A stretch of 64,000 nt of DNA from the NCBI GenBank assembly GCA_964452165.1, contig CAYVKP010000001.1:76110-140109 (forward strand). The letters are read 5' to 3'. This DNA is from an uncultured Gammaproteobacteria bacterium. GTDB lineage: Bacteria > Patescibacteriota > Microgenomatia > Levybacterales > GWA1-39-11. Shown here piece after piece: positions 36,932 to 46,442 of the stretch (the first letter of the stretch is position 1; the number at the start of each line of letters is the position of its first letter). Position numbers and translations under genes: made by a program. The notes below the pieces were generated by a model. It had not been told where the DNA came from. It did not search any database and saw nothing but the letters and a program-made list of their open reading frames with translations.

Positions 36932-39244
36932 TTATGGATTCGGTTGTTGCGGCGGCGTAGGAGCGGCAGGTGAGGCGGGCGTGGTGGGATCCGGAGAATT
37001 AGGAATCTCATGCGGCGCAATTGGTGTTGTTGCCTTAGGAGTAGCCGGGACAGTCTGAGCAGGTTGTGGGGCAGGCGCGACCGGGGCCTGTATCGGAACT
37101 GTCTGTTGTGTGGCCGGGCTTGCTTGAGGCGGGACAGTCTGATTTTGTGGCGCCGGTGTGGCGGGTGTTGGAATAGGCGGAGCAGAATCTACAATTTTAA
37201 TTTCCGTATCTGCTGCGGGAACGCTTGTTCCACTTGGTATTGGCGCAGGCGCAGGTGTCTGTCCGGCTGCTTGCTCGGCAGCAGCCTGAGCGGTTATGCC
37301 GGCTTGATCTTCTCCTTGTTTTATTATGTCTTGAGGTTTTGAAGTGATCAATTCGTATTCTGCGCTTGATGCTATGAACTGAGCGGTTATATGATTTTGT
37401 CCGGCAAAAAGAAGTCCTTCACCAACCTGGGCCGTAACCAAAAATTGTTTCTCGCCTTCTGATAAGAAGAGTGCTTTTGCAAGCGTTTCAACCTCGGACG
37501 AATTTTGTTTCAGGAGAATCTGGATTGAGGAGTTTGAGAGTATCGATTTCCCATAGTCGTTGTTAAGAAAGTCCTCAATGTCCTGCGTAAGCGTTGTCAC
37601 TCCCAGGAAATATTTTCTTGCTCTTTTTGCAATTCCCTGCAGGAAACTCGCCGAATCGGGGTGCTTCATAAGATACCACGCCTCATCGACTACTAGAATT
37701 CTTTTCTTAAGTTTTGTTCTAACACGATTCCAGATAAAGTCTAAGACCACGTGCATGGCAATCGGTCGTAATGCGTCCTCGAGTTGCTTAATAGAAAAAA
37801 CCGTAAGCTGGTTTTTAATATCGTAGTTAGTTTGTTCGTTTAGAAGTCCTGAGAATCCTCCCTTGACATATTTTTCAAGCCTAAAGGAGAGATCTTTGGC
37901 TTCGGGTTCTTCCATGTTGAGAAGAGTTTTATAAAGATCTTCAAGAATTGGCGGCTCGTTTTTATAAGTTGTCGGATCCGGCGTTATCCCCTTTTGCTTG
38001 TAGCAAAGCACAATTGCACGGTCGAGAATCGCTTCTTGGGTTGGGGTCATATCTCCAAGCATGGTCTTTAAGAGTCCATGGAGAGATAAGATTTTAATTC
38101 CAAGCTGGGCGTCTGTCATGTCCTCAGAGATTAGGGCAAAAGGGTTTATCTTGACCTCTGAGCTTTTTGAGAAATTTATATACTCGCCATCCAGTGCGTG
38201 ACAAAGTGCTTTGTACTCGTCCTCCGGATCAATTATCAAAATCTCGGCATCAAACATCATCTGGCGAAGAAGTTCGAGCTTAACAAGAAAAGATTTTCCT
38301 GCACCGGATTTTCCAAAGACAACTTCATTTGCGTTTTCAAAAGAAAATCTGTCAACTATTGCCAGGGAATTGTTTATTGTGTTTATTCCATACAGAATTC
38401 CATTCGGGTGAGAAATTTCGTATGAAGTAAAAGGAAAAGTTGACGCGAGTGAGGTCGTGTCCATGTTGCGCGTTATAAAGAGTTTGTCGGTTCCTGAGGG
38501 AAGAGTGGTTTTAAATCCTTCCTCCATTTGCAAAGTTGCCGGACGAATCAAAAGAAGGTTCGATGCAAGAAGCGATGAGAGTTCTTTTGTTTTTGAATCA
38601 AGCGCTTCAACTGTATCTGCTGCAAGAGTTATATAAAGCCCAAACTGAAAAAAGCGCTCTAACCCCCGAGCAAGCTCTTCGCGAAGGGCAATAGCGTCTT
38701 CAAGGGCTGCGTTTATCTTGGGATCCGGCTCAAGACCTTGCTCCGCATCAGACTGAAGCGTTGCTTCCATTTCTGATATCTTACGACGCAAATTTGACAA
38801 GACGTCTTTGCTCTCAACGGGATAAGCGAACATAGATATATTCATCGTCTCTTTGTAATCGATTAGTATTGAAAGCCAATTAGGTGAAACTTGACGAGGA
38901 TAATCAACAACAAAGAAGGTTCTGAAAAATTTATCCCCAACGCGAATATTTTTAAAATCTACCTCAACGGAGGAGGGGGAAATAAGATCAACAACCGAGA
39001 CTGACCCTTGTTTTAAAGCAGTATAGCCCTTACTTGGCCCCGTAGGTTTTGCCGCAACTTTGCCTTTCGGCGCCGCGCGTCCTACTGCGGTTTTTGCCGC
39101 AGGGGTGGCGGTCGAGGGGGGTGTGCTTGTTTGGGTCTGTGGCGCTGGTGGCACCTGAGGTTGAGGCTCGTTTTGCCCCGCCTGCTTAATAACAGGTGTC
39201 GATTCTAGAACTTGCGGTTGTTTTTTTTTGCCAAGACCTAACAT
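36932..39244 (-). CDS. VirB4/TraC-like type IV secretion ATPase
   Basis: Walker A GKSGAGKS, IDPEDEY, INPF, Walker B VVDEAW, RARKY, TQDIED. Confidence 0.9.
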   Translation of the reverse strand: MLGLGKKKQPQVLESTPVIKQAGQNEPQPQVPPAPQTQTSTPPSTATPAAKTAVGRAAPKGKVAAKPTGPSKGYTALKQGSVSVVDLISPSSVEVDFKNIRVGDKFFRTFFVVDYPRQVSPNWLSILIDYKETMNISMFAYPVESKDVLSNLRRKISEMEATLQSDAEQGLEPDPKINAALEDAIALREELARGLERFFQFGLYITLAADTVEALDSKTKELSSLLASNLLLIRPATLQMEEGFKTTLPSGTDKLFITRNMDTTSLASTFPFTSYEISHPNGILYGINTINNSLAIVDRFSFENANEVVFGKSGAGKSFLVKLELLRQMMFDAEILIIDPEDEYKALCHALDGEYINFSKSSEVKINPFALISEDMTDAQLGIKILSLHGLLKTMLGDMTPTQEAILDRAIVLCYKQKGITPDPTTYKNEPPILEDLYKTLLNMEEPEAKDLSFRLEKYVKGGFSGLLNEQTNYDIKNQLTVFSIKQLEDALRPIAMHVVLDFIWNRVRTKLKKRILVVDEAWYLMKHPDSASFLQGIAKRARKYFLGVTTLTQDIEDFLNNDYGKSILSNSSIQILLKQNSSEVETLAKALFLSEGEKQFLVTAQVGEGLLFAGQNHITAQFIASSAEYELITSKPQDIIKQGEDQAGITAQAAAEQAAGQTPAPAPIPSGTSVPAADTEIKIVDSAPPIPTPATPAPQNQTVPPQASPATQQTVPIQAPVAPAPQPAQTVPATPKATTPIAPHEIPNSPDPTTPASPAAPTPPQQPNP

Positions 39245-39245
39245 A

Positions 39246-39914
39246 TTACAAGACTACGTTTTTTATATCGTCAGCGTTCCAATCAAGCGTTACAAACTCT
39301 TGATTTAACATTTCATAGAATAATTTAATAAGCTCATCGGTCCCAAGGGGTCTGTGAGTTAGTCCCATTCTTTCAACCTGGGTAAGTATATTATTTCTCT
39401 TTGAGATTAGAGCGGACTTTATCCTGTCATTGAGCGGTAGTTTCTTTCCCGGAGTAGCAGGGGCTCCCGGCTGCTGTGTAGGCCCAATATTTGTAGGCCC
39501 AAGCTCAAGCTGAGAAAATGGAATAACGATATAAACTTTCTTATCAAGAAGCCCCTCCCCCTTTATTAGATCCGCAATAAAATCTCTATAAAGAGTTAGT
39601 TGTTCGGATATCTTTGGGTTTTTCACTTTGGAAATCTTGTCTTCGAGCAGCTTGATGTAGTTGCCCATGTCAATTCGTCTTGAAACTATAAGTATCTGAA
39701 TGTAGAAAGAAAGAGAGTTAAGTAGGGACATGTATCCATATATTCTGGCTGTCTGTTCATCGCTTGAAAGCAGAAAGAAATTAACCGATGAGATTTCCGC
39801 AACCATGCAAGTGTTGCCTCCCTTGAAAAAAATCATGTCGTCTGAGATATCAACAATTTCCGTAAAATCCTGAGTTGTTGAATGAATTTTTGATTTTGCC
39901 ATATTATTCACCAA
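39246..39914 (-). CDS. VirB4-associated protein (TraC/VirB4 N-terminal-like)
   Basis: STTQDFTEIVDI, SSVNFFLLSSDEQ, IQILIVSRRID; lies between the PrgI and VirB4 genes. Confidence 0.65.
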   Translation of the reverse strand: MVNNMAKSKIHSTTQDFTEIVDISDDMIFFKGGNTCMVAEISSVNFFLLSSDEQTARIYGYMSLLNSLSFYIQILIVSRRIDMGNYIKLLEDKISKVKNPKISEQLTLYRDFIADLIKGEGLLDKKVYIVIPFSQLELGPTNIGPTQQPGAPATPGKKLPLNDRIKSALISKRNNILTQVERMGLTHRPLGTDELIKLFYEMLNQEFVTLDWNADDIKNVVL

Positions 39915-39938
39915 GGATATTTCTATCCTTGGTACTCC

Positions 39939-41222
39939 TTAGACTGCGGCTACCGCCGGCCCTTGGCCGCCAAAAAGCTCTCGTCTAAGTTTCTCACGTG
40001 AATCAACAGATGTTACTTCAATCGGATTAAATATTGATCCATCGAGCGTTATTTGAATAATTTGAAATTCGTGTTGTTTTTGCGGATCCTCAAAGTAGAC
40101 TTTATATGTACCATTTGATAGTGGTGTAGCAGATGCAAATTGTCCAAGAGAGTTAGTCTTGAAAGCTCTTACCGGAATATTATTCGTATCAACAATCTCA
40201 ACCAGGATGTTCGGCATGGTTTTCCCACGTGGATCTCGCACAATGCCAAGAACTACATTTCCAATGTCGGGAAGACTCGGGAAGCCGGCTGCAAGGCTTG
40301 CCCCCGGAGCAACATACTTTACGCTTTCGGTTTGTTTTTGTTCCTGCCCCTGAGAAGGGGTGAACACTTGTTCTTCGGTCTTGCTCTTATCGAGCTCATA
40401 TCCCACAACTTTCTTGGCTAGGGTATCTTTCTCGGCTTGTGCCTGACTGAGTTGACCCTGAAGTTCTTTCACCTTGCCGGTCAGGTCCTCATTTGGAGCA
40501 GCGGTTTTAGTAGTCTCTTCTATTTTAGCCTTCCTGATACTGTTTGCACCGGTTTCTATGACTTTTTGGGCGACGGCTTGTTTTTCGCTAATAACCCCTC
40601 TTACCTGATCTTCCGTTTGTCTGATCATCTGAATAGGGTCGCTCGCTTTTTCTATCTCTTGGTGAAGAAGTCTTGCGGTATTTGTCCTTGGAGTATCCGC
40701 GGCAATTGGCGTAAGGGGACGAATATTAGCGCTTGTTGGATTCTCAAAGAAGGATTTAATAGTTTTAAGTTGTGCTATTTCGGAATCGTCTGCACGTACA
40801 TTCGAGTTTCTAAGCCTTGAGAGGAGAAGTGTTTTTTTGTCGTTGGCAGGCGTTGTGGCGGTTGTTGTTGCGGTCTTTGAAGTAACCCGAGGCTTGACAA
40901 CAATCCTTAAGGCTTCAAAAGAGGCCAGGTTTGCACCCTTTTTGTGGTAAATGTATCTATTTTCAGAAGGAATAGTTTTGGCAAAATTTGAGATCATAAC
41001 GTCCATCGGGCGACCTTCAATGGGTATAAAAGTAAGCGCGACACCAATTCCTGCAAAAAGCATCATCAGGGGTACTTTAATAAAGAAGTTAAGGTGTAGG
41101 ACGAAAGCAACCGTGGTAAGAATCCCAAAACCCAGAAGATATAAGAATTGTTTTACCGTAACACTTCCGATCAGCTTAAACTTAAAACCCGTAACATCCT
41201 GAGGAATGGGATGATTCTCCAT
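39939..41222 (-). CDS. PrgI family (VirB3-like) protein with C-terminal beta-sandwich domain
   Basis: HPIPQDVTGFKFKLIGSVTVKQF, two TMs, EGRPMD; C-terminal GIVRD...TNSLGQF. Confidence 0.8.
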   Translation of the reverse strand: MENHPIPQDVTGFKFKLIGSVTVKQFLYLLGFGILTTVAFVLHLNFFIKVPLMMLFAGIGVALTFIPIEGRPMDVMISNFAKTIPSENRYIYHKKGANLASFEALRIVVKPRVTSKTATTTATTPANDKKTLLLSRLRNSNVRADDSEIAQLKTIKSFFENPTSANIRPLTPIAADTPRTNTARLLHQEIEKASDPIQMIRQTEDQVRGVISEKQAVAQKVIETGANSIRKAKIEETTKTAAPNEDLTGKVKELQGQLSQAQAEKDTLAKKVVGYELDKSKTEEQVFTPSQGQEQKQTESVKYVAPGASLAAGFPSLPDIGNVVLGIVRDPRGKTMPNILVEIVDTNNIPVRAFKTNSLGQFASATPLSNGTYKVYFEDPQKQHEFQIIQITLDGSIFNPIEVTSVDSREKLRRELFGGQGPAVAAV

Positions 41223-41263
41223 ATATAAAAGCGTATAACGTGAAAAATCTCATTGCAAGGGTC

Positions 41264-41283
41264 TCAAAGTACGTCAAAGTACG
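41264..41283. repeat. perfect 10-bp tandem direct repeat upstream of the prgI-virB4 operon
   Basis: TCAAAGTACG x2. Confidence 0.6.
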
Positions 41284-41315
41284 AGCGAGTTATGCGTAGT
41301 GTGTGAAAAGGGTAT

Positions 41316-43433
41316 TTATGGGGTCCCACCAACTAGTCGTCGTCCCGTACCTGTAACAACTGCTCCTGCAAATCCAAGTCCTCCCAAGAAACCCCAGATT
41401 CCCCAGCGAACCTTACTTCTTGTTGCAATATCAACAGGTATAGCACCTTTCGCAACTTCATCAGCAGGTTCTCGGCCTCTTGCTGGCTCTAATTTCTGAT
41501 GCCAATTTTCGTAGAACATACTCATCTCGTCATTTGAATAGGCTAGTTCACCCGCTTTACCAAACGCTATAACTCTGTCTCGTAGTCCTCTTGCCCCAAG
41601 GAACGCCTTCATGACTGTATCTTCGTAGTTTGCGCCTTCTCTGGTATATATTTCGTTAAACTTTTCGTTTCTCACTTTTACCGCCACATCTACTTTCTCT
41701 CTGTCGGTTAGGCTCAAGGTATCATAATCAGAGCCACTGTAAAGCTCCTCGACTACAATTGACCTTTGTTTTGCTGCATCAGTACTCCAGTTTACAATTG
41801 CGCCCATTGATTCTCTTCCGCCGTCTTTACCCTTGTGGACAAAGGGATCAAAGCGCTTCTTAATGTGAGTTCTGTCATACAGTCTTTTTCTCCTATTCTT
41901 GTCCATGGGCATTAACTTGTCTAAATCATCTTTTATTGCCTTGGCAGCATTCTTAGTCCATTCATCGCCTTTTTCTCCTGCTTCATCAGTCAATTTTTGA
42001 AGTCTTATTTCATTGAGTTTGATCATATCCCTTTGTCTTCCTGTTATGACTTCCGCAACAGAACTACGAACCAAATCTCGCATCTCAGCAACTATTCCTC
42101 TCTCTGCCTGGAGCCTGGCGGCGCGATCTCCCGCGGCCTCAGGACTTGCTTTGGTCTTCTCGATTGCTTCGTTTGCAGTACTGAGCCTCTTGTCTTCTTC
42201 AACCAGACGTTTTGCTGCTCCACCTATTCCTCCCTCACGAGTCATTCCGTCACTACCAACAGTTCCATATATCTGTTCTCGCATCGCCGAAATGGTTCTT
42301 AGGGCAGCGCTAATTTTCGTCTCGTCTCCTCCGAGAGAACCCTTAAGATATTCTCTTGTTGCCTGAGCCTCGGCTTTCTGCGTTTGCAGATCGATAACCT
42401 TATCCTGTAGTTCTCCGGCCCTTCTTGAAGTTTTATCGCTTCTTGTTCTTCCTCCCTCAAGTCTATCAATTTCACCTTGTAGTGCCTTGATTGTTTGGGC
42501 ACTTTTCTCTTCCACCAATTTTGCGGCTCCGTACGCGTCGTACTCGTTTATTCCCGTTATGCCCTTATCTTTTAGAAGTTTTAATAATATTCTTCCTTGA
42601 ATTTCTCCTTGAGATACGCCCGCTTTAATGAGCGGCTCGATTGCCGCTTTTAGTTCTGCTTGAGCCCCGCCTTCTATACCAAGTGTCTGAAAAACTAATT
42701 CAAAATTGGTTTCGATGTTCTTTTCAGCACTTACCTTGTCTACTTCGTGTTTCTTAAGTTCCTCGCCTTGTCCCACTTTTGCAAGCTCCCTGCTTCTTCT
42801 GAGTATGTCGTTGAGTTTGGTGGTCATAGCCTCATTAAGTTTGGGATCAGTTGCAAGTCTGTCTTTGACTATCGCTCTTTGTGCCGCGGGATCTGAATCT
42901 AAATCCTTAAGTCCGTCTATTCCTTCCCTAAGTCCGCCATCCGTCAGAAGAGTATCAAGCGCCTTGTCTTCAAAAACTTTCCACTCAGCAGCACCCTTAT
43001 CATAAACTTGCTCCGCCGTCCTTCCGGTTCTTGCAGCCTCGGCTACTATCTGAGTGTATTGCAAGACCGGTTCGTATGATTCTCGCGCTTCTTCACCTGC
43101 TGCAAAAATATCTTTGGCGTCCTGCGATGCTTCGGTGGGCATACTGGGTTTTCCGTCTGTTCCAAGGACTGCTTCCTCTGCGCCTAGTTGGGCCTGTAGG
43201 GCATTGCTGTCAGTTTTATTGAAATCGGGCCTTGGTTGATTTGCACGAAAAACTTCTGCTCCTGTCGTAGAGTTTGCGTGTTCTCTGACTGCATTCAGAT
43301 GTTCTGCCCTATCGGCTTGTTCTTTGGGCGCGCCTGTTGGCACAGTAGTTTTATCTTGTCCTCCATGATGGAATGCTTCTGTTTGAGTAGGTTGTTTGAG
43401 TTCGGTTGGTACGGCTGTTAATACGTCTGGCAT
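41316..43433 (-). CDS. large coiled-coil hypothetical protein with a C-terminal hydrophobic tail
   Basis: 705 aa, E/K/A-rich helical, ends with WGIWGFLGGLGFAGAVV. Confidence 0.8.
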   Translation of the reverse strand: MPDVLTAVPTELKQPTQTEAFHHGGQDKTTVPTGAPKEQADRAEHLNAVREHANSTTGAEVFRANQPRPDFNKTDSNALQAQLGAEEAVLGTDGKPSMPTEASQDAKDIFAAGEEARESYEPVLQYTQIVAEAARTGRTAEQVYDKGAAEWKVFEDKALDTLLTDGGLREGIDGLKDLDSDPAAQRAIVKDRLATDPKLNEAMTTKLNDILRRSRELAKVGQGEELKKHEVDKVSAEKNIETNFELVFQTLGIEGGAQAELKAAIEPLIKAGVSQGEIQGRILLKLLKDKGITGINEYDAYGAAKLVEEKSAQTIKALQGEIDRLEGGRTRSDKTSRRAGELQDKVIDLQTQKAEAQATREYLKGSLGGDETKISAALRTISAMREQIYGTVGSDGMTREGGIGGAAKRLVEEDKRLSTANEAIEKTKASPEAAGDRAARLQAERGIVAEMRDLVRSSVAEVITGRQRDMIKLNEIRLQKLTDEAGEKGDEWTKNAAKAIKDDLDKLMPMDKNRRKRLYDRTHIKKRFDPFVHKGKDGGRESMGAIVNWSTDAAKQRSIVVEELYSGSDYDTLSLTDREKVDVAVKVRNEKFNEIYTREGANYEDTVMKAFLGARGLRDRVIAFGKAGELAYSNDEMSMFYENWHQKLEPARGREPADEVAKGAIPVDIATRSKVRWGIWGFLGGLGFAGAVVTGTGRRLVGGTP

Positions 43434-43756
43434 TATTGATTTGTTTGTGTCTTTATCTCTTCAATTTTTTCCTGAACATCGGCTAGCTCTTGTTGATCAG
43501 TTTGTTTTGCTTCTTCTTGCTCAAGAGAGAGCAGGACAGGCTTGAAGACCGGATGATGGAGGACAAGCTCCTCAGCCCATACCTTCAGTTCTACATGGTC
43601 GTTTGCTCCTTCTATGTATTCAACTACAAAACGACTCGCTTGTTCGGATTCATCAACGGATAGATTTCCTTCTTTGAGTCCGTTAATCATGAGATCCGCA
43701 AGCTCATTAAGAAGCTCCTTTTTCTTCAATGCAAAACTTTGGGCGTTTGCGTCCAT
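43433..43756 (-). CDS. small acidic hypothetical protein
   Basis: Start set at MDANAQ; the upstream TTGACA...TATTCT looks like a promoter. Confidence 0.7.
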   Translation of the reverse strand: MDANAQSFALKKKELLNELADLMINGLKEGNLSVDESEQASRFVVEYIEGANDHVELKVWAEELVLHHPVFKPVLLSLEQEEAKQTDQQELADVQEKIEEIKTQTNQ

Positions 43757-43812
43757 ACCAAAAGAATAATGGAAAACGTGAGCAATTGTCAAGGAAAAAC
43801 AGAGTGGCCAGT

Positions 43813-44121
43813 CTATTTGGGGATCAATTGTTTGACTCCTGTAAATTTGCCAAGAGTTGCGAGTATTACAAATGAGGCAAGAACCAGAAGAAATCCACCC
43901 AATGCATAGAAAAGAGTTTTTCTCGTAGTTTTAAGTTTCTCCGGATCTCCTTCTGACGTGACCATTTTGTACCCTGAGAATATTATGAGAAAAACACATA
44001 CGATTCCGGCCAAGATAACGAGCGACCTTATAAGGTTGTCAAGAACAATCGGAATGCATCTAAGCGTTGCGACTTTTGTTTCTGGGTCGAGACAGCTATC
44101 CCAGGAGAGTGTTGGCATCAT
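43813..44121 (-). CDS. VirB2/TrbC-like pilin
   Basis: Two TMs around SGYKMVTSEGDPEKLKTTRKTL. Confidence 0.75.
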   Translation of the reverse strand: MMPTLSWDSCLDPETKVATLRCIPIVLDNLIRSLVILAGIVCVFLIIFSGYKMVTSEGDPEKLKTTRKTLFYALGGFLLVLASFVILATLGKFTGVKQLIPK

Positions 44122-44179
44122 ATAACATTATTCTAAAAGCAAAATAGAGCAAAAGCAAGAGAAGAAGGAATTCGGAATG

Positions 44180-44602
44180 TTAAATCTGGCTGTCTGGAGC
44201 TTTTTGGAGAACCGGAATCTTGAGATGTGAGAGGCTTCCAAGTCCTAGCGCTGAGATTACGACGTTTACAATAACAAAAGATAGTGCAATTACAATGAGC
44301 CCAATGATTGCGGCGATAATGTGATTTCTCGCATCTGCTACTCTTTGTTTGTCTCCTCCTGATGTGATCCATTGAAATGCTCCAATAACTATGTAAAGAA
44401 GTGCTGCCAAGAATGCTACGACAATAACAAAAGCTACCGCAAAAGAGACGATAGAACCGATGCTTGTATCAGGTGTGATGATTGTCCCTCCGGGAGGGCT
44501 TTTAATAGACGCATTTAAAACGGCCGGGTCGCCCTGTGCGAGAACACCCTGAGCAAGTGCCAGAAAAGGTAGAGCTGAAAGCGCAATTTGTAATTTCTTC
44601 AT
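44180..44602 (-). CDS. VirB2/TrbC-like pilin (probable major pilin)
   Basis: Signal peptide; GAFQWITSGGDKQRVADARNHIIAAIIGL; TTGACA-17-TGTAAT promoter at 44615-44643. Confidence 0.8.
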   Translation of the reverse strand: MKKLQIALSALPFLALAQGVLAQGDPAVLNASIKSPPGGTIITPDTSIGSIVSFAVAFVIVVAFLAALLYIVIGAFQWITSGGDKQRVADARNHIIAAIIGLIVIALSFVIVNVVISALGLGSLSHLKIPVLQKAPDSQI

Positions 44603-44683
44603 AACCTAATTTTTATTACAGCATTTTTCACAACCTTTGTCAAGAGGAGTAGAGTATAACGTATTTTGTTAGAATAAGGGGAA

Positions 44684-46123
44684 ATGAAAATAGGATTAAA
44701 ATTATTCTTTTGGTTCGTAATTTTTTTGGTAGGTTTTGGCTTTTATATTAAAAATGTTTCATTGCTTGATCCCGACTTTGGTTGGCATCTTCACTTAGGG
44801 CAGTTAATTTTAAAGTCCGGAATACCAAAATTGGATCCCTTCTCATACACTATGCCCTCATTCCCATTTATAGATCATGAGTGGTTATCAAACGTAATAA
44901 TCTATCTAGTTTATTCCAAGAGCCAGTTTGTTTTAAATATAATTTTTGCAATCTTTACAACAGCAACGTTTATAATTCAATTTCCAAAGAAGAATAAGTG
45001 GTTGGCGATTCCGTTTTTCTTACTTTCTTGCGCCTCGATTGTAATTTTTTCAGGAGTTCGTGTACAGGTTGTCTCATGGTTTTTGTTCTCGGTGTTGTTA
45101 AAAATAATTTTTGATGAAAGTCTTTGGAAAAAATGGCGAATCACGGTTCCCTTACTGGTTGTTATTTGGGCAAATCTCCACGGCGGTTTTGCAATCGCCA
45201 TTTTTCTTTTAGGAATCTTTTTGTTCTCGAGGATTTTCTTAAAAAAGATTGATAAATGGGATTTTGCGGTTTTCTTAGCATCAATTGCTGCAACTTTTGT
45301 AAATCCATATGGAGCAAGACTTTGGTCTGAGGTTTTGTCTTCAGTGACAGACACGAGTCTTCGTTTTGAAATTCAAGAATGGCTTCCTGGAGTGCTCATA
45401 TTTAATGTCCCCCTTGTTGTTCTCGTTTCTATCATTTTGGGACTTGGTTCGTCGCTTTATAAAAAACTTACTTTTACCCAAATTGGAATTTTTATAGTAT
45501 TTCTTCTGCTCGCAGCATCAAGTATTCGTCATACACCTTTCTTTATAATAATTGCATTTTGTTTTTCAACTCAGCTTTTCACTCTCTTTTATTCGGGTAT
45601 CAAGAAAGCCGAACAAAAAAAACGTTTTGATAAATTTAATATTGGTCTCTTTTTAATCGCGGGATTCTTATTTATATACGCATTTTATAATTCGGCAATT
45701 CATAATCCTCATTCGGTAGAAAAATTTTATCCTACCAAGGACGCAGTAGGGTATATGTCTAAAAATGCAAAAGAAAGCCAAATTTTTGCTTTGTACAACT
45801 GGGGTGGATATTTAATATGGAAACTGCCTTCCAAAAAAGTTTTCATTGATGGAAGAATGCCTTCCTGGCGATTTAAAGCGCCCGTCGGACAGGCAGACTC
45901 AGCCTTAAAAGAATACGACAGTATTGTGACGGGAGACGCCGACTACAAAGTTTTTTTTGATAAATATAAAATTGCGTGGGCGATTCTTGATAAGCCCTGT
46001 CCCCAAAACAGATTATTTCTGTGTCAAAGATTGTTACATGATGGCTGGAGCAGGGTATATGAGGATAAGGTTTCCATCATTTACAAAAAGCCAATACTTA
46101 ATGGGTCACTGCGCCGTTTGTAA
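44684..46123 (+). CDS. polytopic membrane protein, GT-C glycosyltransferase-like
   Basis: DPDFGWHL, DHEWLS, WANLHGGF, NPYG, EW, WGGYL, FIDGR. Confidence 0.65.
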   Translation: MKIGLKLFFWFVIFLVGFGFYIKNVSLLDPDFGWHLHLGQLILKSGIPKLDPFSYTMPSFPFIDHEWLSNVIIYLVYSKSQFVLNIIFAIFTTATFIIQFPKKNKWLAIPFFLLSCASIVIFSGVRVQVVSWFLFSVLLKIIFDESLWKKWRITVPLLVVIWANLHGGFAIAIFLLGIFLFSRIFLKKIDKWDFAVFLASIAATFVNPYGARLWSEVLSSVTDTSLRFEIQEWLPGVLIFNVPLVVLVSIILGLGSSLYKKLTFTQIGIFIVFLLLAASSIRHTPFFIIIAFCFSTQLFTLFYSGIKKAEQKKRFDKFNIGLFLIAGFLFIYAFYNSAIHNPHSVEKFYPTKDAVGYMSKNAKESQIFALYNWGGYLIWKLPSKKVFIDGRMPSWRFKAPVGQADSALKEYDSIVTGDADYKVFFDKYKIAWAILDKPCPQNRLFLCQRLLHDGWSRVYEDKVSIIYKKPILNGSLRRL

Positions 46124-46442
46124 CACCTACGGCAGATGTTATAAAGTTTACTATAACCAAAGATAACGCCATGATTATAATCCCCAAAATTGAATAGACG
46201 ATAATTCTTCTTGCATGGTCAAGTTTTTCCTTATCTCCCTTAGATTGTAACCAGTAAAAGCCGCCATAAGTCATATAAATTAAAGAAAGAATTACTCCAA
46301 TGACCATTGCAACCTCAACGAATTTTGTGGCAAGTGAGGAGATTGTGAATTCCGCACCATGTGGAATTCCTGCAGGCGGGTGAATTTCAATTGATGACGT
46401 GCCATCTCCGGTTGGAACTTTCAAAGAAATAAGACCTCTCAT
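46098..46442 (-). CDS. VirB2/TrbC-like pilin
   Basis: GGFYWLQSKGDKEKLDHARRIIVYSILG. Confidence 0.75.
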   Translation of the reverse strand: MRGLISLKVPTGDGTSSIEIHPPAGIPHGAEFTISSLATKFVEVAMVIGVILSLIYMTYGGFYWLQSKGDKEKLDHARRIIVYSILGIIIMALSLVIVNFITSAVGVTNGAVTH

